Translations under genes and position numbers: made by a program
Shown: positions 37,992-54,958 of the stretch, in pieces
Layout: each line of letters starts with the position of its first letter
How positions within the stretch are numbered: position 1 is the first letter of the stretch
Source of the DNA: Adineta vaga
Lineage: Eukaryota; Animalia; Rotifera
Assembly: GCA_021613535.1 (NCBI GenBank)
Contig: CP075497.1
Span: 11,160,001 to 11,224,000 of the forward strand
Length of the DNA stretch: 64,000 nucleotides
Direction of reading: 5' to 3'
The notes under the pieces: model-generated
Told to the model about the DNA's origin: nothing
Seen by the model: only the letters and a program-made list of their open reading frames with translations
The model's database searches: none

Positions 37992-40900
37992 CACGCACAT
38001 AAATATTGACTCTACAATTATCGATTGTGAAAAAAGATTAGATCTTATCTTGTAAATATTAATTATTTAACTTGATTGAATAGGCTTTTCTTTCCTTTCT
38101 TGACACAATTCGGAAAATCTTCATCATAACACAAAGATAGACAAGTAAATGAATCTGTGAAAGTCGTTGATCAATGTCCAAATATTGCATTTATTCTAAT
38201 CGAACGAAGCCGATTTACTCTAGAGATATTCTTCCAATAGATGAATTTTTCTTCTTCTTTCTGAACTCAGCTTAATCCATCATTCCATCGAGAAAAGATC
38301 TATTGATCGATCACAATTCTTAATTATCAAGAATTTCAAATTTGTTTCGTTGTAAATTACATAAAAAAAAGAGGAAGAGAAAAAACCTATTAACATATTG
38401 TCTATTCATCTAATTCGACTATCACATCTGCTATACCTAGGTGCTTTTATCATTTCTATTCGATCTTCCTTTTCATTTGAACATTGTTCATTCACCAAAC
38501 ATCCAGGTACAGATCACCTGCTGACCAGATAAATATATATCTACATATTTGCTCTAATGAACCGCAATAATACGCTTATCAATGACTACTAGAATTCAAC
38601 CATCATTTAATCGGTTGAACAACACGCACATCGAAACAAAAAAGAAAGACTAAAGAGACATTACGTGTCCTCAAACAAGCATTGATAAAAACAAAATATC
38701 CAACCCGATTAGCAGACGTCCTTTAGCCTTCGGCAATCTCATCGGTCAGAATTGAGTTCAAACATTTATCAAATAAAAATTCGTTCGGTGAGTTCAACAA
38801 ATGTGCTAACAACAACAATGAATTGATCACTAAAAGTAATCTGAATTCAAATGTGTTATCCATTGATGACACCTCTTCGAATAGACAATTTCAATCTTCT
38901 GACATATATTTAAATCACTAATTCAGAAGCGAAAATTAGATCTCACCCTTTCTATCCACACACACATGTTCACTTATCAACTCACCAGATGGATCGATTG
39001 CGTGTCGTTGATCAAATCAATGCTTCTTTTTCTAATAAAAATATCGAAATTCATTTTTCTTCCCTTTTTTTCAATCTGTGTGAATGGAAAATCTTTTTAC
39101 ACATTCACATATTTGCTGATCCCGCCCAAGTGAGTAAGTCATTTTAGTTGGGTGCGAGAGGTAAATTAACGACAACACCCACATTCGAGTCATAATTACG
39201 TCACACAATTAGAGTGTCAATAGACCAGCAGGAGGTTGAAATAAGAGAAAAAGAAAGTGAACATCATCTGATTCCCAAGGTATATTACATCAATTCATCA
39301 GAAAAAGTTTTACTTTGACAATCTGTCATTGTTCTAGTTTTGTCCTCTTCTTCTTCTGATTAGAAATGAACACGCGATTGACGTATTTTACCAATTAGAA
39401 CGTCTGGCATTATTAAAAAAAAATCTATATATCGAAAGAAAAATAAGTCAGGTAAAGTTGACTTGAAGTTGAACAGAATATGATTGACAGATTAGTCTGA
39501 AGTGTAATTGTTCATCGATCGATCGATCGATCGTTCACATAAAGAAAAGAAGAAAATGATAAGCGGCATGTCAAGCAGTTGTCTTTCGAAAATACTCATC
39601 ATGTGTGTTATGCAGGTGAAAAACTAAACGAAAAAGAAAGGAGAATTATCTGAGCAGCTGGTGAGAAACAAAACATCATCATTTGATAATCAGATTAGAA
39701 AAAATATATATGTACGGTTGAATGGTTGAAAGGTGAATGTATATTAGATCATTGAAACACACATAGACATACATAAATGAGGAAAATGACAGAAAAGAAA
39801 GAAGAAGAAAAAAACGGAAATTAATCTCGACTATCTTTTAGTCGAATGTTTTATAACAGAATGATGAATAGATGTTGGCAGTGAAACATCAAATAGAGAA
39901 AGATTGTTATTGGAATCATGTCCATGATTTGCCATTGAAGAATTTTTATTATATAAATAATATGAATATGGATTATTTCCATTATTGGCATCGATTAAAT
40001 AATTTTCATGTGTTTGTTGTTGTTGCTGCTGTTGATGATGATGTTGATGATAAGTTTGTTCATTAATTGTTGTCGATGGTGATGTTCGATGATTAGTATA
40101 ATAACGATTATTTGTATCTTGATAATAAACAGCATGATAAGGTGTTAAACTATTTTGATATTGTTGTTGTAATGCAGCAGCATAATAATTAGAATATGTT
40201 CCACTATATGGATTAGTTTCATTGACTAATAATAAATCATTCGAATTGGTTGCATTATTTGTATAAGTATTGGCTGCTGCTTCGATAAAACTAGCTGCTG
40301 TTACATCAGTTGGATACGATGAAACATAAGCGGATGGATAGGAATTATAATATGGATCAAATGATGATGATGGTGTTGATGATGAATTCGATGTAAATGG
40401 ATTGATTGTTTGTGATTTAACAGTTGTTTTTGAGATTTTCTTCGTTGGACGTGTGGCATTCGGTATTGATAATGATAAATTTGTATTGGAGTTTTTCATC
40501 AATGTTGAAGGATGTTTTACGGAATAGTTTTCATCATCAGTGATATTTGAATTGAAATTTGTATCAAAATCATATAAACATGGATATGGTAATTTAAATT
40601 CAGTTCCACGTTTATAAAATAATTCTTCACCTTCATCATCACTAAAATAACAGAAAGCAGATGGACATTTTTTTCTTCTTCTTCGTCTTTTCCTATGATA
40701 AAAACCATGTGTCTCCTTCCATCCGTTTTATCTTTCTTCTTTTCTACAACGCCTATTTCTTTTGTGAATTGTCCGAGCGGAAGCTTTTTTCTACTCTTCC
40801 GGAATTTTAAAAATTTTCTTTTTTTTGACTCTTACGTTAATGGTCGATGATTGGCAATGACAAAATCAGGTTTGTTACTCTTATAAATAATTCGCATTGA

Positions 40901-43900
40901 TGATTGTAGCCATTGCCAACGAGCATCTTTCGTTTGAAGACGATAGCAAACTAAACCAGATGTACCAGTTTTTAATACTAAAAAAAGAGAAACATTTAAG
41001 TTTTATTTCTTTCGAATTATTTTCAATAGAACTTACATTCTTTATGGGCAGTTGAATAGTATTTCAAATCATCCGAATGAATCCAATTATATCCACTACC
41101 GATCTGTGTTAAATCATGATCGGAATAGTTCAAGATTAGCTTTCCTCTAGAAGATACAATGATTGAATGTAATATTAAATTAGGAGAGAGAATTCTTACC
41201 TTGGATCAAGTGAAACAGGTTCTAATGTTAAACGATATTTTGATTTGAATAAACTTTCTCGTTGAGGTATTTCAAATAACGATGGTGGCCCGAAAGGACA
41301 AGCAATACCAAATAATGCTAAGGATCCATGATCATCTAAGGCATGTGGAGATCTTTGTCCGTATAATATTCCAATTCTTCCGCCAATTTCTAATGTCTAT
41401 AGAAGAAAAAATGCTCTTGAGAATTTTCATTCGTTCATTTTCTTTCGATTACTTACGACAAATCCTGATGTATTATCAAGCAAACAACGAAATCTCACAG
41501 TAAATGTTCTTTCTAATAAATGATTATGTTCTAAAAATTTCATTGGAAATAACAACGATTTAATTTTTTCTCTCTGGAAAAAGATGAGACAAACCTGGAT
41601 TGGTTAAGATTTGTTCTAGTGAAAGATTTTGATGTTCATTCGTTAATTTTTCATTCCATTGTAAATGTCGTTTGAATTCATCTCGATCTTCTGAATGTAT
41701 TAATTCTAATGCACTTTGATGAAGTATATCCGACTAAAATAGTGTAAATAATTTCATTAAATTTTGACATAAAACAGAATAGATATATTCTACAGAGATA
41801 AATCATAGCGTGATTCAAGCAAACTGTTCATCTAATTTTTTAAATTGATGATCTAATAATCATCAAGGGGAAAGAGAGAAAGAAAATTTGATCAATTAAT
41901 ATTTACTTGATGAAATCCGAGATATTGTTCCACAGTTCTTGAAGCAAAAAATAATTCACCATCACAACTAACAATAACAATAAAACCTTGTAAAGCCTAT
42001 TGAAAAGAAAATAGACAATAAAACAATGAGAAAAATTTTCTTTATTTAATCTTACTTCGAGAATTGATTCTCCTTCACTGAATGTCGGATCATGATAATA
42101 TATTTCTTGACAAAGTCCCAATGATGTTGATGAACTTGTTGATGATGATGTGGCTTCATATTGTTGTTGCTGTTGTTGTTGTTGTTGTTGTTGATTTTGT
42201 ACATGTTGACGATTTTTAAATGTTGCTAAAGCAGAAAATGAAAGTGAATTGTAATTATCTATTTGAAATCTCAACTCTTAATTGATCTTGACTATTCTCA
42301 GACTAACCCGCTTCTTTCTTCTCTTCTTCTTATAACACGCGAGATGATCACTAACGATAAAATAAAGTCAGTTAGTCAGTCAATCTTCCAATATAAACAT
42401 TGTCATTACTCACACATCAAATAAAATTGAAGACAAATAGAGTGTTACTTTTTTGATCTTAAAAAAGAAACTCATAAACATACCTTCAGAAAAAGATCCT
42501 CACACTCAATTAACAGAGTTACTTCTTTCGTTTTTTTCTTCTTCTTCTTCTTCTTATGCCTCGAGGGAAAACGACGAGTTTTATTTACATCATTTCTCTC
42601 GTGATTAGCAAGTCATCTAGCGTGAAATTTTTCTATGAATTAAAATGTTATTCTGAATTCGACTTATCAACATTGTTTTTTTTCTCATGAATAATCTTAC
42701 CTTGAAAATACGATTTCACACGTAAATAACTAACAGCCAATCGTAAGATGGATAGTTTATCAAGTTTAGTCAATATCGATTGTTCAAATGGTAATAAAGA
42801 AGCAAGATTTTCTAATTCACCATTTAAACGTTCACGATGACGTTTACTTGGATTGGTTTTTTGATTTTCTTTCAATGGACTTTTATAACTAAAGAAAACA
42901 AAATCATAACAATCATCTTTCTTTATTTCAAACATGGAAAAACTAAAGAAACTCTTTTATGTATTTCCGGAGGTGAACTCATATCTGATTTCATTCAAGT
43001 TTTTTCGAAGACTAACTCAATTGCATGTATTACACGATTGATCTCGTGTATGCTGTTTTGTTTCGTGTTTAACTTACTTTTTTGTATTTCTGCGACGACG
43101 CTTGGTTGCATACATGTATATATATATATATGTGTGTGTGTGTATAGATATTTATTGTTGCCTGATCAGAACTACTTGCCGGAGTGGCGCATTCAAAAGT
43201 CGTATTCGAAACGGGGAAAAAGTGCGTGTGTCACACAAGGAATAATAATTAAGATCGACGCGAGACTATGCGGCTTGTTTCAATTTTGGCACGAAGGATA
43301 CACACACACCAACAACTTCAACTTGTAGACACACGATCGATGATAGAGATCATGCAAAGCGAAAACTTAGTATTGATGCGATAGTACGAGAGAAAGAGAA
43401 AGGTTTTTTTTCTCCTTTTTTCCCTCTCGCTCTCTCTCGTTTTTTTTTCTCAACTAATTAGAAGACGGAAGCAGAGAGAGAAATGGTAGAAAGCTTGATT
43501 TCTGTTGTTGTTGTTGAAGCTCGCTGTGATTAACTACCGGGTTAGATGTATGTCAGGCGATGTTCAATGAGAGAGAAAAAAAAAGAAAATTTCTCATGAT
43601 TTTTTTTCTATTGGTCAATTCTTTCAAATGAATATTCACCAATAAGAAAATTTTTTTCAAAATTCTGATGAGAAGAAGAAGGGAGAAAAAGAAAAGAAGA
43701 TTAGTCGATGTGTGTATGTGCGTTCTCTTCTCTAGGGTCTAATAAAAGAGTAAAATTAGGTATAATTTCAAGGTTGATGTGTTCCGGAACGAGAAAGAAA
43801 TGTAATCGCGCAAAAGGCTTATCGAATAATACCTTCTGATAGTATTCTCTTTCTTTCAATTGAAATCTAAGAATAAAAAGAAAATAAATTCTTCTTAATG

Positions 43901-44236
43901 AGTTAGTTATTTATTTCTTCGCATAAAATCTGATTGGATCAATAAATACAAGAAAGAAACTTTCGACTTACTTGAAAAATGATTTTGATAATCAATTGAA
44001 TGATATATATTTATTTATCACATATAGAAATGTAAGAAGTCGAAAACTACCAATATATATAGAAGTAAGAGCGGTAGAGAGAAAAAAAGAAAAAAGTAAT
44101 TTCTCGAGTTCATTCTATATATTTTTTCTTCTCTCTCTATCGCCCGTTTTTCTTTATTAGATCATGCGTGATCTTTCATGTTGTGTTTCAATTGAATCGG
44201 CTTGTTACAATATTGTTGCCTGATGGTCATTGCGTG
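37992..44236. promoter_or_regulatory. Cluster of AhR/ARNT response-element cores (GCGTG) across the AHR locus
   Basis: GCGTG/CACGC at 37992, 38623, 39000, 39371, 41808, 42336, 42620, 43224, 44166 and 44232. Six are full TNGCGTG; all are non-coding. Confidence 0.5.
39831..43115 (-). CDS. AHR: Aryl hydrocarbon receptor / spineless (bHLH-PAS)
   Basis: Exon 1 [12 protein letters not shown] (ATG 43115) splices to [127 protein letters not shown]. Gln/Tyr/Asn-rich C-terminus. Confidence 0.95.
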
Positions 44237-45248
44237 CTCCAGTAGGGTAATGGTAGAACATGTCTGTCTGTCTGTCTTTCTTTTCAATATTTCCTATTCG
44301 AGAAAAAGATTGAGTTACAAGAGAATTATTTATGAACATTTTGACAATTGAAATCTTAATAAAGTGTCTAATCATATCATTTTATGTATATATCTATCTA
44401 GTAAATCGTATCAGTTCTCATGACAAAAAGAATATTTCATTGAATAGACTATTAGAAAGAAAATGTTTCGCATGAAATATTTCGATTCGATCAAATCAAC
44501 AGGTAGTTTATCAATTGTCAACTATACAAAGATCAACTTCGATGAAATTTAACTGTTATTTTACATGTTTCAATATTGAATAGATAAATATGAACATTGA
44601 TATTTAACAAAATAAAACTAGTATAATTAATCATTGACAATGAATTCGATTCGATCGAATGAACGAAACTCATCATTAAGTGTTAACGTATTTCGATGCA
44701 AAGAAAATGCTCGCAAAGCAAGGTGCGAATCAATAGATTATCAAGAGAAAATATCAATGATTTTCCTTTGGTGCAAATTGAAAAACGTAGCACGACTTCG
44801 TTTTTTTTTAATTAATATTTTATTTGATAGAATTCAATGAACTTGTGGAACAGCTTTGTAGATGGAATGATTAATCTATCTTGCTAACAATATAGTTGAA
44901 ATCATGACTCATTGATCTGATCTCATACACATTTTTGTAAATCAAAATTCTAAATCGATGATATAGAACAGATCAAATTCGAAAATTTCAACAGATGTCG
45001 CTCTTAGACGTTCTTTTTTGTATCATATCTACTTTTTCTATCTTTTCATATGATCAAATTTTATTCTGTTCTTTTCTGTAGTTTATTATTACAAAATTTC
45101 AATAATAATCTTATGAAACTTCACTTAAAATGTTCGATTGGTTTAATATAACGAACCTCTCATATCGTTTGATAAATTATGATTCATTCATATGTTTTAT
45201 CATTCAGTTATATTTCTAATAAATAAGAAACTAAGTTTTAGATAAGAT

Positions 45249-49502
<4,254 letters not shown>

Positions 49503-49791
49503 CTTTGAATTTTCTCTTCAACATTAATCAATGGTTTCTCTTCAATTTCTTCGAAATATTTTGATGAATATCAAATCGAATAAAACACTACCAATGATCA
49601 ATTAAAAGATGATAATGCCGAACAAATAAAACTAAACGAAATCGGTTTCTGTTTATACGAAAGACTCATTATAATCTAGATCTATTTGTTTGATTTTGTA
49701 TTATTCATCTTCTTTTTTTTCTTCATGATTTATTCTTCGACGAACAAGACAATAAAACATACGATGAAATTGTTTTTCTCTTGAATTCTAG

Positions 49792-51155
49792 ATGACTTGT
49801 GCAATATGTCAAAAAACTTCTTGTATTTTATATCAATGTTGTCTTAATGATAAACATTCATTTTGTGAATCATGTTGTGTAAATATGACATCATCGATTA
49901 TTAGTAATGGTAAAATAGCTTTATTATTTAATCAAAAAATACCTTGTTATGTTTGTAATCAAAAACTTCTATATGATCATCTTCCCCAAACGATTCAGTT
50001 AGATCTTGATGCTATTCTTTCAACAATACCTAAAACATCGAAATCTCCGAAATCGATTGAAGAATTTAATTATTATTATAATCAATCGAAACAATTACGA
50101 CATTGTATTACGAATAAAAAGTTTATTTTTATTACTCAACGTCATTATGATTTACTTGGAAAAGCAATTGAAATGTATATACAATCATTGTTGAAAGATA
50201 ATCCATGGAATTACGAAGAAATTTGGTTACCTATATAGAATCATCATCAGCAAAAACAAAAAGTTAATGTTTTTATTTCGAAAGATTTTCGAACAAATAT
50301 CAATGGATGTTTAATATTAATTCAAGGTTGTGGCGTAGTACGAGCTGGTCAATGGTCACGTTCATGTTGTATTAATGAATCACTTGATATTGGAGGTATC
50401 TAATCGTGTAATTTACGAGTTCAGATTGATAGATTGTTTTGTTTTGTTAACAAAAGAGTAAATTATCTTTTGATAGTCGTTGAGAAAGAAGACTATTTGA
50501 TCATGAATGGTAGCCTATGAAAAACATAGATATATCAGATTTATAAAGAAATTTATGTCTCGATTATTACTCTAATTGTAATTGTATTTATCTCTTAGCG
50601 ATGTTTCCATATTTGACGAAAGCGAAAGAACAGAATCTATCTGTTATCATTCTCAATCCAAATCAAACACATTATATCGAGGAAGATAATAGTTCTTCTG
50701 AAGATCTTCGCTATTTCTATTTATCCTCTGAACCACTACCTCAATTACCCATACATCCAATTCCCCATCTATCGACAAGCCGAGATCATATACTCTATAT
50801 CTATGATGAAATAATCTCAAAATTTTCACCAGCAAAGCGATTGTACTTCGTAGCTCATTCCGCCGGTGGTGATCATCTCATGTATTTATTACGTAAACGT
50901 CAAGATTCTATTTTATCTAAACTATTGAAGATAGCCTTCATCGATTCTACTCATTTCCTAACTCCATCTGATACAAATGAACTAAGAAATTTCTTTCAAT
51001 CAAATGCTATTCATTTCATTGCAAGTAATAAACCAATGGGACAAATAATTCATAATTCACCAAATCTGATTTGTCCGGAAGTCTCTGCAGGTCATTCTAA
51101 ACATGAATATACATCTGGTTCTTGTATTGATGGTGTTTTTAAATTCTTTCGTTGA
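49792..51155 (+). pseudogene. RING-like zinc finger fused to an ARB2/FAM172 (alpha/beta-hydrolase-fold) domain, interrupted by an in-frame TAG at 50236..50238 (nonsense allele, readthrough or sequence error)
   Basis: N-terminal CAIC..CCLNDKHSFCESC..CYVC. FAM172A-like QRHYDLLGKAIEMYIQSLL, then the TAG, then in the same frame VFISKDF..ILIQGCGVVRAGQWSRSCCINESLDIG. Intron 50396..50598, then MFPYL..VIILNPN, FVAHSAGG, SAGHSKHEYTS. Confidence 0.75.
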
Positions 51156-51208
51156 ATCTTATAAGTCTTTCTTTTCTTTCTAGATTTAACTTATTTTTCT
51201 TTCTAAAA

Positions 51209-52182
51209 ATGTTCGGCAAAAAACCATCTGTTCCAGGTAAGTGAAAACAGATGATATGCAAATTTTATCTTGCATAAATGTTTCTATATTAAGAGCAAAC
51301 CAAAGCTCATACTCGCGAATTAAAACAAACTGATCGAGAATTAGTACGTGATCGACATAAACTTGAAGCTGAAGAACAACGATTAGTAAGAAAATATGTG
51401 TTCTTTTTCTATAAATACATGTTCCGTCTATTCTCATAGGTTAATGAAATTCGAAAGAATGCAACGACTGGTAATAAAAAAGTACGAAACATTCTGAGTA
51501 CAATCTTTTTTATCATAATATCTATGGATTATATTAGGCAGTAGATATCTTAGCGAAACAATTGGTTAAAGTTCGAAATCAAAAAGCACAATCACTTCAA
51601 GCATCTGGTCATATTCAAGGTTTAGCTACACAAAATACAATGATGGCATCAAATATACGTATGGCGAATGCCATGGATGTAAAATATTTTTGTTAACGAT
51701 TCATTTTGTTTTTTATTAAATGTATCTTATTGTAGAAAACGGCGAAAACGATGGAAAAAATGAATAAAGTAATAGATCCAGAACAAATGGCTAAGATTAC
51801 ACAACAATTTACTCAAGAACATACAAAGTTGGGTATTACAGATGAAATGAGTATGTCTTAAATAAGCTTTCTCTTTTCATGAAACTAATCAAGACGTTTG
51901 TTCATCTAGTCGGTGAAACACTTGAAGCAGCATTGGGACAAGAAGGTGATTCGGAAGAAGAAGATGCAATTGTTAATCAAGTTCTCGGCGAAATTGGCAT
52001 TTCATTAAATGAAAAAGTTTGTTGGAAATTAGTCATCTATAAGAAAACAATTTCTTTCTATTCAGTTAGCGAATGCTCCACGTGTTCCCGTTTCTGCTGC
52101 TGCTGCTGCTACAGCTAATCGTCGACAAACTAATCAAGAAGATGCTGAAATTGAACGAATGTTAGCTAATCTAAAAGCATAA
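51209..52182 (+). CDS. CHMP2B: ESCRT-III subunit CHMP2B (Vps2)
   Basis: Spliced MFGKKPSVP..RELKQTDRELVRDRHKLEAEEQRL..ILAKQLVKVRNQK..MANAMDKTAKTMEKMNK..DSEEEDAIVNQVLGEIGI..DAEIERMLANLKA* (MIM1-type tail). Confidence 0.92.
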
Positions 52183-52373
52183 TGACCTGTTTCAAAGCCA
52201 TATCAATCAAATCCAGTTATTTTTTTAACATTAATCTTGCGCCTGTTATCTTTTGATCGATACATCCATTTGTAAAAAAAACAAGAAAACCTCGGTGAAT
52301 TTTTTTCTTATTTGACACATAATATATGAAAATGATAATCTTTCTTTGTTTTATTTCGTGATAGAGATGAGAT

Positions 52374-53225
52374 TTATTGAGAATCCTGATCAGTAAGACT
52401 ATTTAACAGATTATGATATCGTTCATCGCGAGTTTTTGCATGCGTCTGATTGAGTTCACGTAATTTTTCAGTTGCTTTTTGTCGTTTATTTTCTTCGTTA
52501 ATCGAACTGAATTGTTCGCAGAATTCAGGACGAAATTTAACGAAATGATCAACAAATTCGCCGAATGTTTCACGTTGTAATGATTCATTTACTAAACGAT
52601 CATATTCTTCATTATCAGATGATGTACTCTTCAATTTAGGAACGATTTTCTTCGGAGATGGATCAGATTTAACTGATTGTTGGCGAATTTTTTGACTCAG
52701 TGATGTCGATGATGGACGTTCAAGAACAAATTTAAATCTTGGTCGAGCTGCCGATTCATCCAGTAACTTCTGTGATGCACGTAAAACTAGATAAGTATTT
52801 CGTTCAACTTTTGTCATTGGTTCAACTGTTTTCGTCGTAGTTGTTGTTGTTTTCGATTGTGTTGTGTTGATTGGTGGTAAAACTGATCCATCAACATCAG
52901 TAACTTTGATTGGTGTATAATCTTTCGACATATAATCAGGATAGAAATGTACCATAAACCTTTGTCTTTCACGTTCTCTACGTTTTTCATAAATATCTTT
53001 TTCTTTGCGTAAACCTTCGCGAAAATGTTTATCATGTCGATACCAGATTTCATGTCGTTGATGTGTTAATTGTAAGAAAGCGTCTTTATGTCGATCGAAA
53101 TGTGCACGAATTTTATTTCGATCTCGATCGAGAAATTGAAATTCACGTTTATAAAAATTACTTTCAATTTTTCGAATATTCAGTAATGCTTCCGCTAAGT
53201 TCGATGTTGTTGGATTTGTTATCAT
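52374..53225 (-). CDS. Uncharacterised intronless basic coiled-coil protein (about 283 aa)
   Basis: Single long ORF, first ATG 53225 (MITNPTTS). Charged helical segments; ends RDERYHNLLNSLTDQDSQ*. Confidence 0.7.
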   Translation of the reverse strand: MITNPTTSNLAEALLNIRKIESNFYKREFQFLDRDRNKIRAHFDRHKDAFLQLTHQRHEIWYRHDKHFREGLRKEKDIYEKRRERERQRFMVHFYPDYMSKDYTPIKVTDVDGSVLPPINTTQSKTTTTTTKTVEPMTKVERNTYLVLRASQKLLDESAARPRFKFVLERPSSTSLSQKIRQQSVKSDPSPKKIVPKLKSTSSDNEEYDRLVNESLQRETFGEFVDHFVKFRPEFCEQFSSINEENKRQKATEKLRELNQTHAKTRDERYHNLLNSLTDQDSQ

Positions 53226-53474
53226 TATTGTTAAATAACCCAATGAAATTCCTTAGTATTATTCTTCTACTTTCTCTTTCAAAAGAAACAGATCTATTTG
53301 TTTTTATGAACTGATTCTACGAGAAAGAGAGAAAAAATAAGAAAGTTTCGTTTTTATTTTATTTTAATGTCAATAGAAAATTCATTGAATATTCATTAAA
53401 AGATTATTTGAAGTGTCTTATTTTGCAGTATTGTTATTGAAATAAAATTAAAAAAAAAGAAATGTTTGTTTTAG

Positions 53475-54081
53475 ATGAGTTCAACATTTTTATTTCGTCG
53501 AGTTATTCAACAATGTGCTTCACAACGGCCATTGAATATCATTGCAACACGTTTTAATTCTACCACTTCATCTGAAAATCAAACTTCAAGTGAATCATCA
53601 ACACCGATTGATCCACAACATAAAAAGAAGATTGAGGATTTTATAAAAGCAAATAAAATCGCAATATTTATCAAAGGCGAACCTAGCGCTCCACGTAGAA
53701 TGAAACTTGTCCGTTTTATTGAAGTTTATAGAAGTTTTTAGGTTGTGGCTTTTCCAATGCTGTTCTTCAAATTCTTAATTTACATGGATGTGATTTTAAA
53801 TCCAAGAATATTTTAGAAGATGAACAACTCCGACAAACAATGAAAAGTTATAGGTAAAAGTTTTTTTTCTGTGTTAAAATGGATTGCAGTTAATTAAGAA
53901 AATTTGTTTCAGCAATTGGCCAACTTTTCCACAAGTCTATTTTGCTGGAGAATTTGTTGGTGGTTGTGATATTCTACTTGGTATGCATCAATCAGGTGAA
54001 CTTGTGGATGAATTGAAAAAAATTGGTATTCGATCAAAATTAACAGATGTAAACGATAAAAATACATCATCATCAAAATAA
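53475..54081 (+). CDS. GLRX5: Mitochondrial monothiol glutaredoxin 5
   Basis: Arg/Ser-rich presequence; FIKGEPSAP joined across an intron to [12 protein letters not shown] (CGFS active site); [31 protein letters not shown]. Confidence 0.95.
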
Positions 54082-54194
54082 TTATTTATGGTTTAGTTTC
54101 TTCTATTGTCTCCTTATTTTTTCTTTTCCTTTCCTTTTCATCTATCTGCGTGTATTTGTTTGTTTTCTAATATTTAGCAGAAACAACTTTGTAG

Positions 54195-54728
54195 CTATTT
54201 GGAAATTTCGAACATGATACGTTTGGTATTTGGATGAGGTTCAACAGGAATTTGATCTATAACACAATGAACTAGATAATCGACAAGAGCTTTTCGTTCT
54301 CTTTTCACAGTTTCTTTCAATTGTGCAAGTACAAAACGTTTATCAGCATCGAGTTTGATTTGATATTGTTCGAGTTGTGTTGCTTCATGTAATTTAAATT
54401 TATACTGAGCTATACGTTCTTGTCGAAATGCTTCTATTTCAGCTTGACTTTCTCGATGTGCCTGACGTACAAGTTCATTTCGTTTAGCACGTGCACGTGC
54501 AATCATTTCAGCAGCTTGACCTTCAGCAGTTAAGAGAGCTTGAAGGCCAGGTTCCATTTGAATGGATGGATGTGTCCGAGAATGTGAAGTATTTGAACTA
54601 TTTGCTGATCGCGTACTAAGACGACGTGATGAAGGAGATAAAGTACGATTGGATTTATGTGACGATCTTTTGTCAGTTAAATTATTCATTTGTTTTGATG
54701 AACGATGATCAGATCGGTTTTTATTCAT
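54195..54728 (-). CDS. V-type ATPase subunit G-like protein with Ser/Arg-rich N-terminal extension, intronless
   Basis: GLQALLTAEGQAAEMIARARAKRNELVRQAHRESQAEIEAFRQER matches the subunit G pattern (GIQQLLQAEKRAAEKV..AR..K..RLKQAKEEAQAEIE.YR). C-terminal V..L..V...P..HPN. Confidence 0.8.
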   Translation of the reverse strand: MNKNRSDHRSSKQMNNLTDKRSSHKSNRTLSPSSRRLSTRSANSSNTSHSRTHPSIQMEPGLQALLTAEGQAAEMIARARAKRNELVRQAHRESQAEIEAFRQERIAQYKFKLHEATQLEQYQIKLDADKRFVLAQLKETVKRERKALVDYLVHCVIDQIPVEPHPNTKRIMFEISK

Positions 54729-54944
54729 GATAAATAAATATTTTCATTACATTTTTTGCGCGTTTATGTAAATGACAATATCGATAGAATGCCTCGATAG
54801 ATGACACCAATGTTCGGTACGATCCAGAGATAGTTTTTATACTTTTATACGAATAGTCACGAATTGATGGAGATCAATACGAATTTAATGAATTGATAAA
54901 ATAGATTTTTCTTTCAAATTCATTCAAGTGATATGATGTGTCAT

Positions 54945-54958
54945 GTTTCTATGGAAAC
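54945..54958. promoter_or_regulatory. RFX X-box
   Basis: GTTTCTATGGAAAC fully fits GTHNYY-AT-RRNAAC. It lies about 100 bp upstream of ATG 55056 in a divergent intergenic region. Confidence 0.6.

Noticed and set aside
39515-39533. (GATC)n run
   Set aside because: Simple tetranucleotide microsatellite with no evidence of function.
42837-43328. 163-aa ORF antisense to AhR exons 1-2
   Set aside because: Shadow ORF containing TA/TG microsatellite-derived sequence.
50236-50238. Selenocysteine or alternative genetic code as explanation for the internal stop
   Set aside because: The codon is UAG, not UGA, and TAG terminates other genes here (e.g. AhR, the V-ATPase G paralog).
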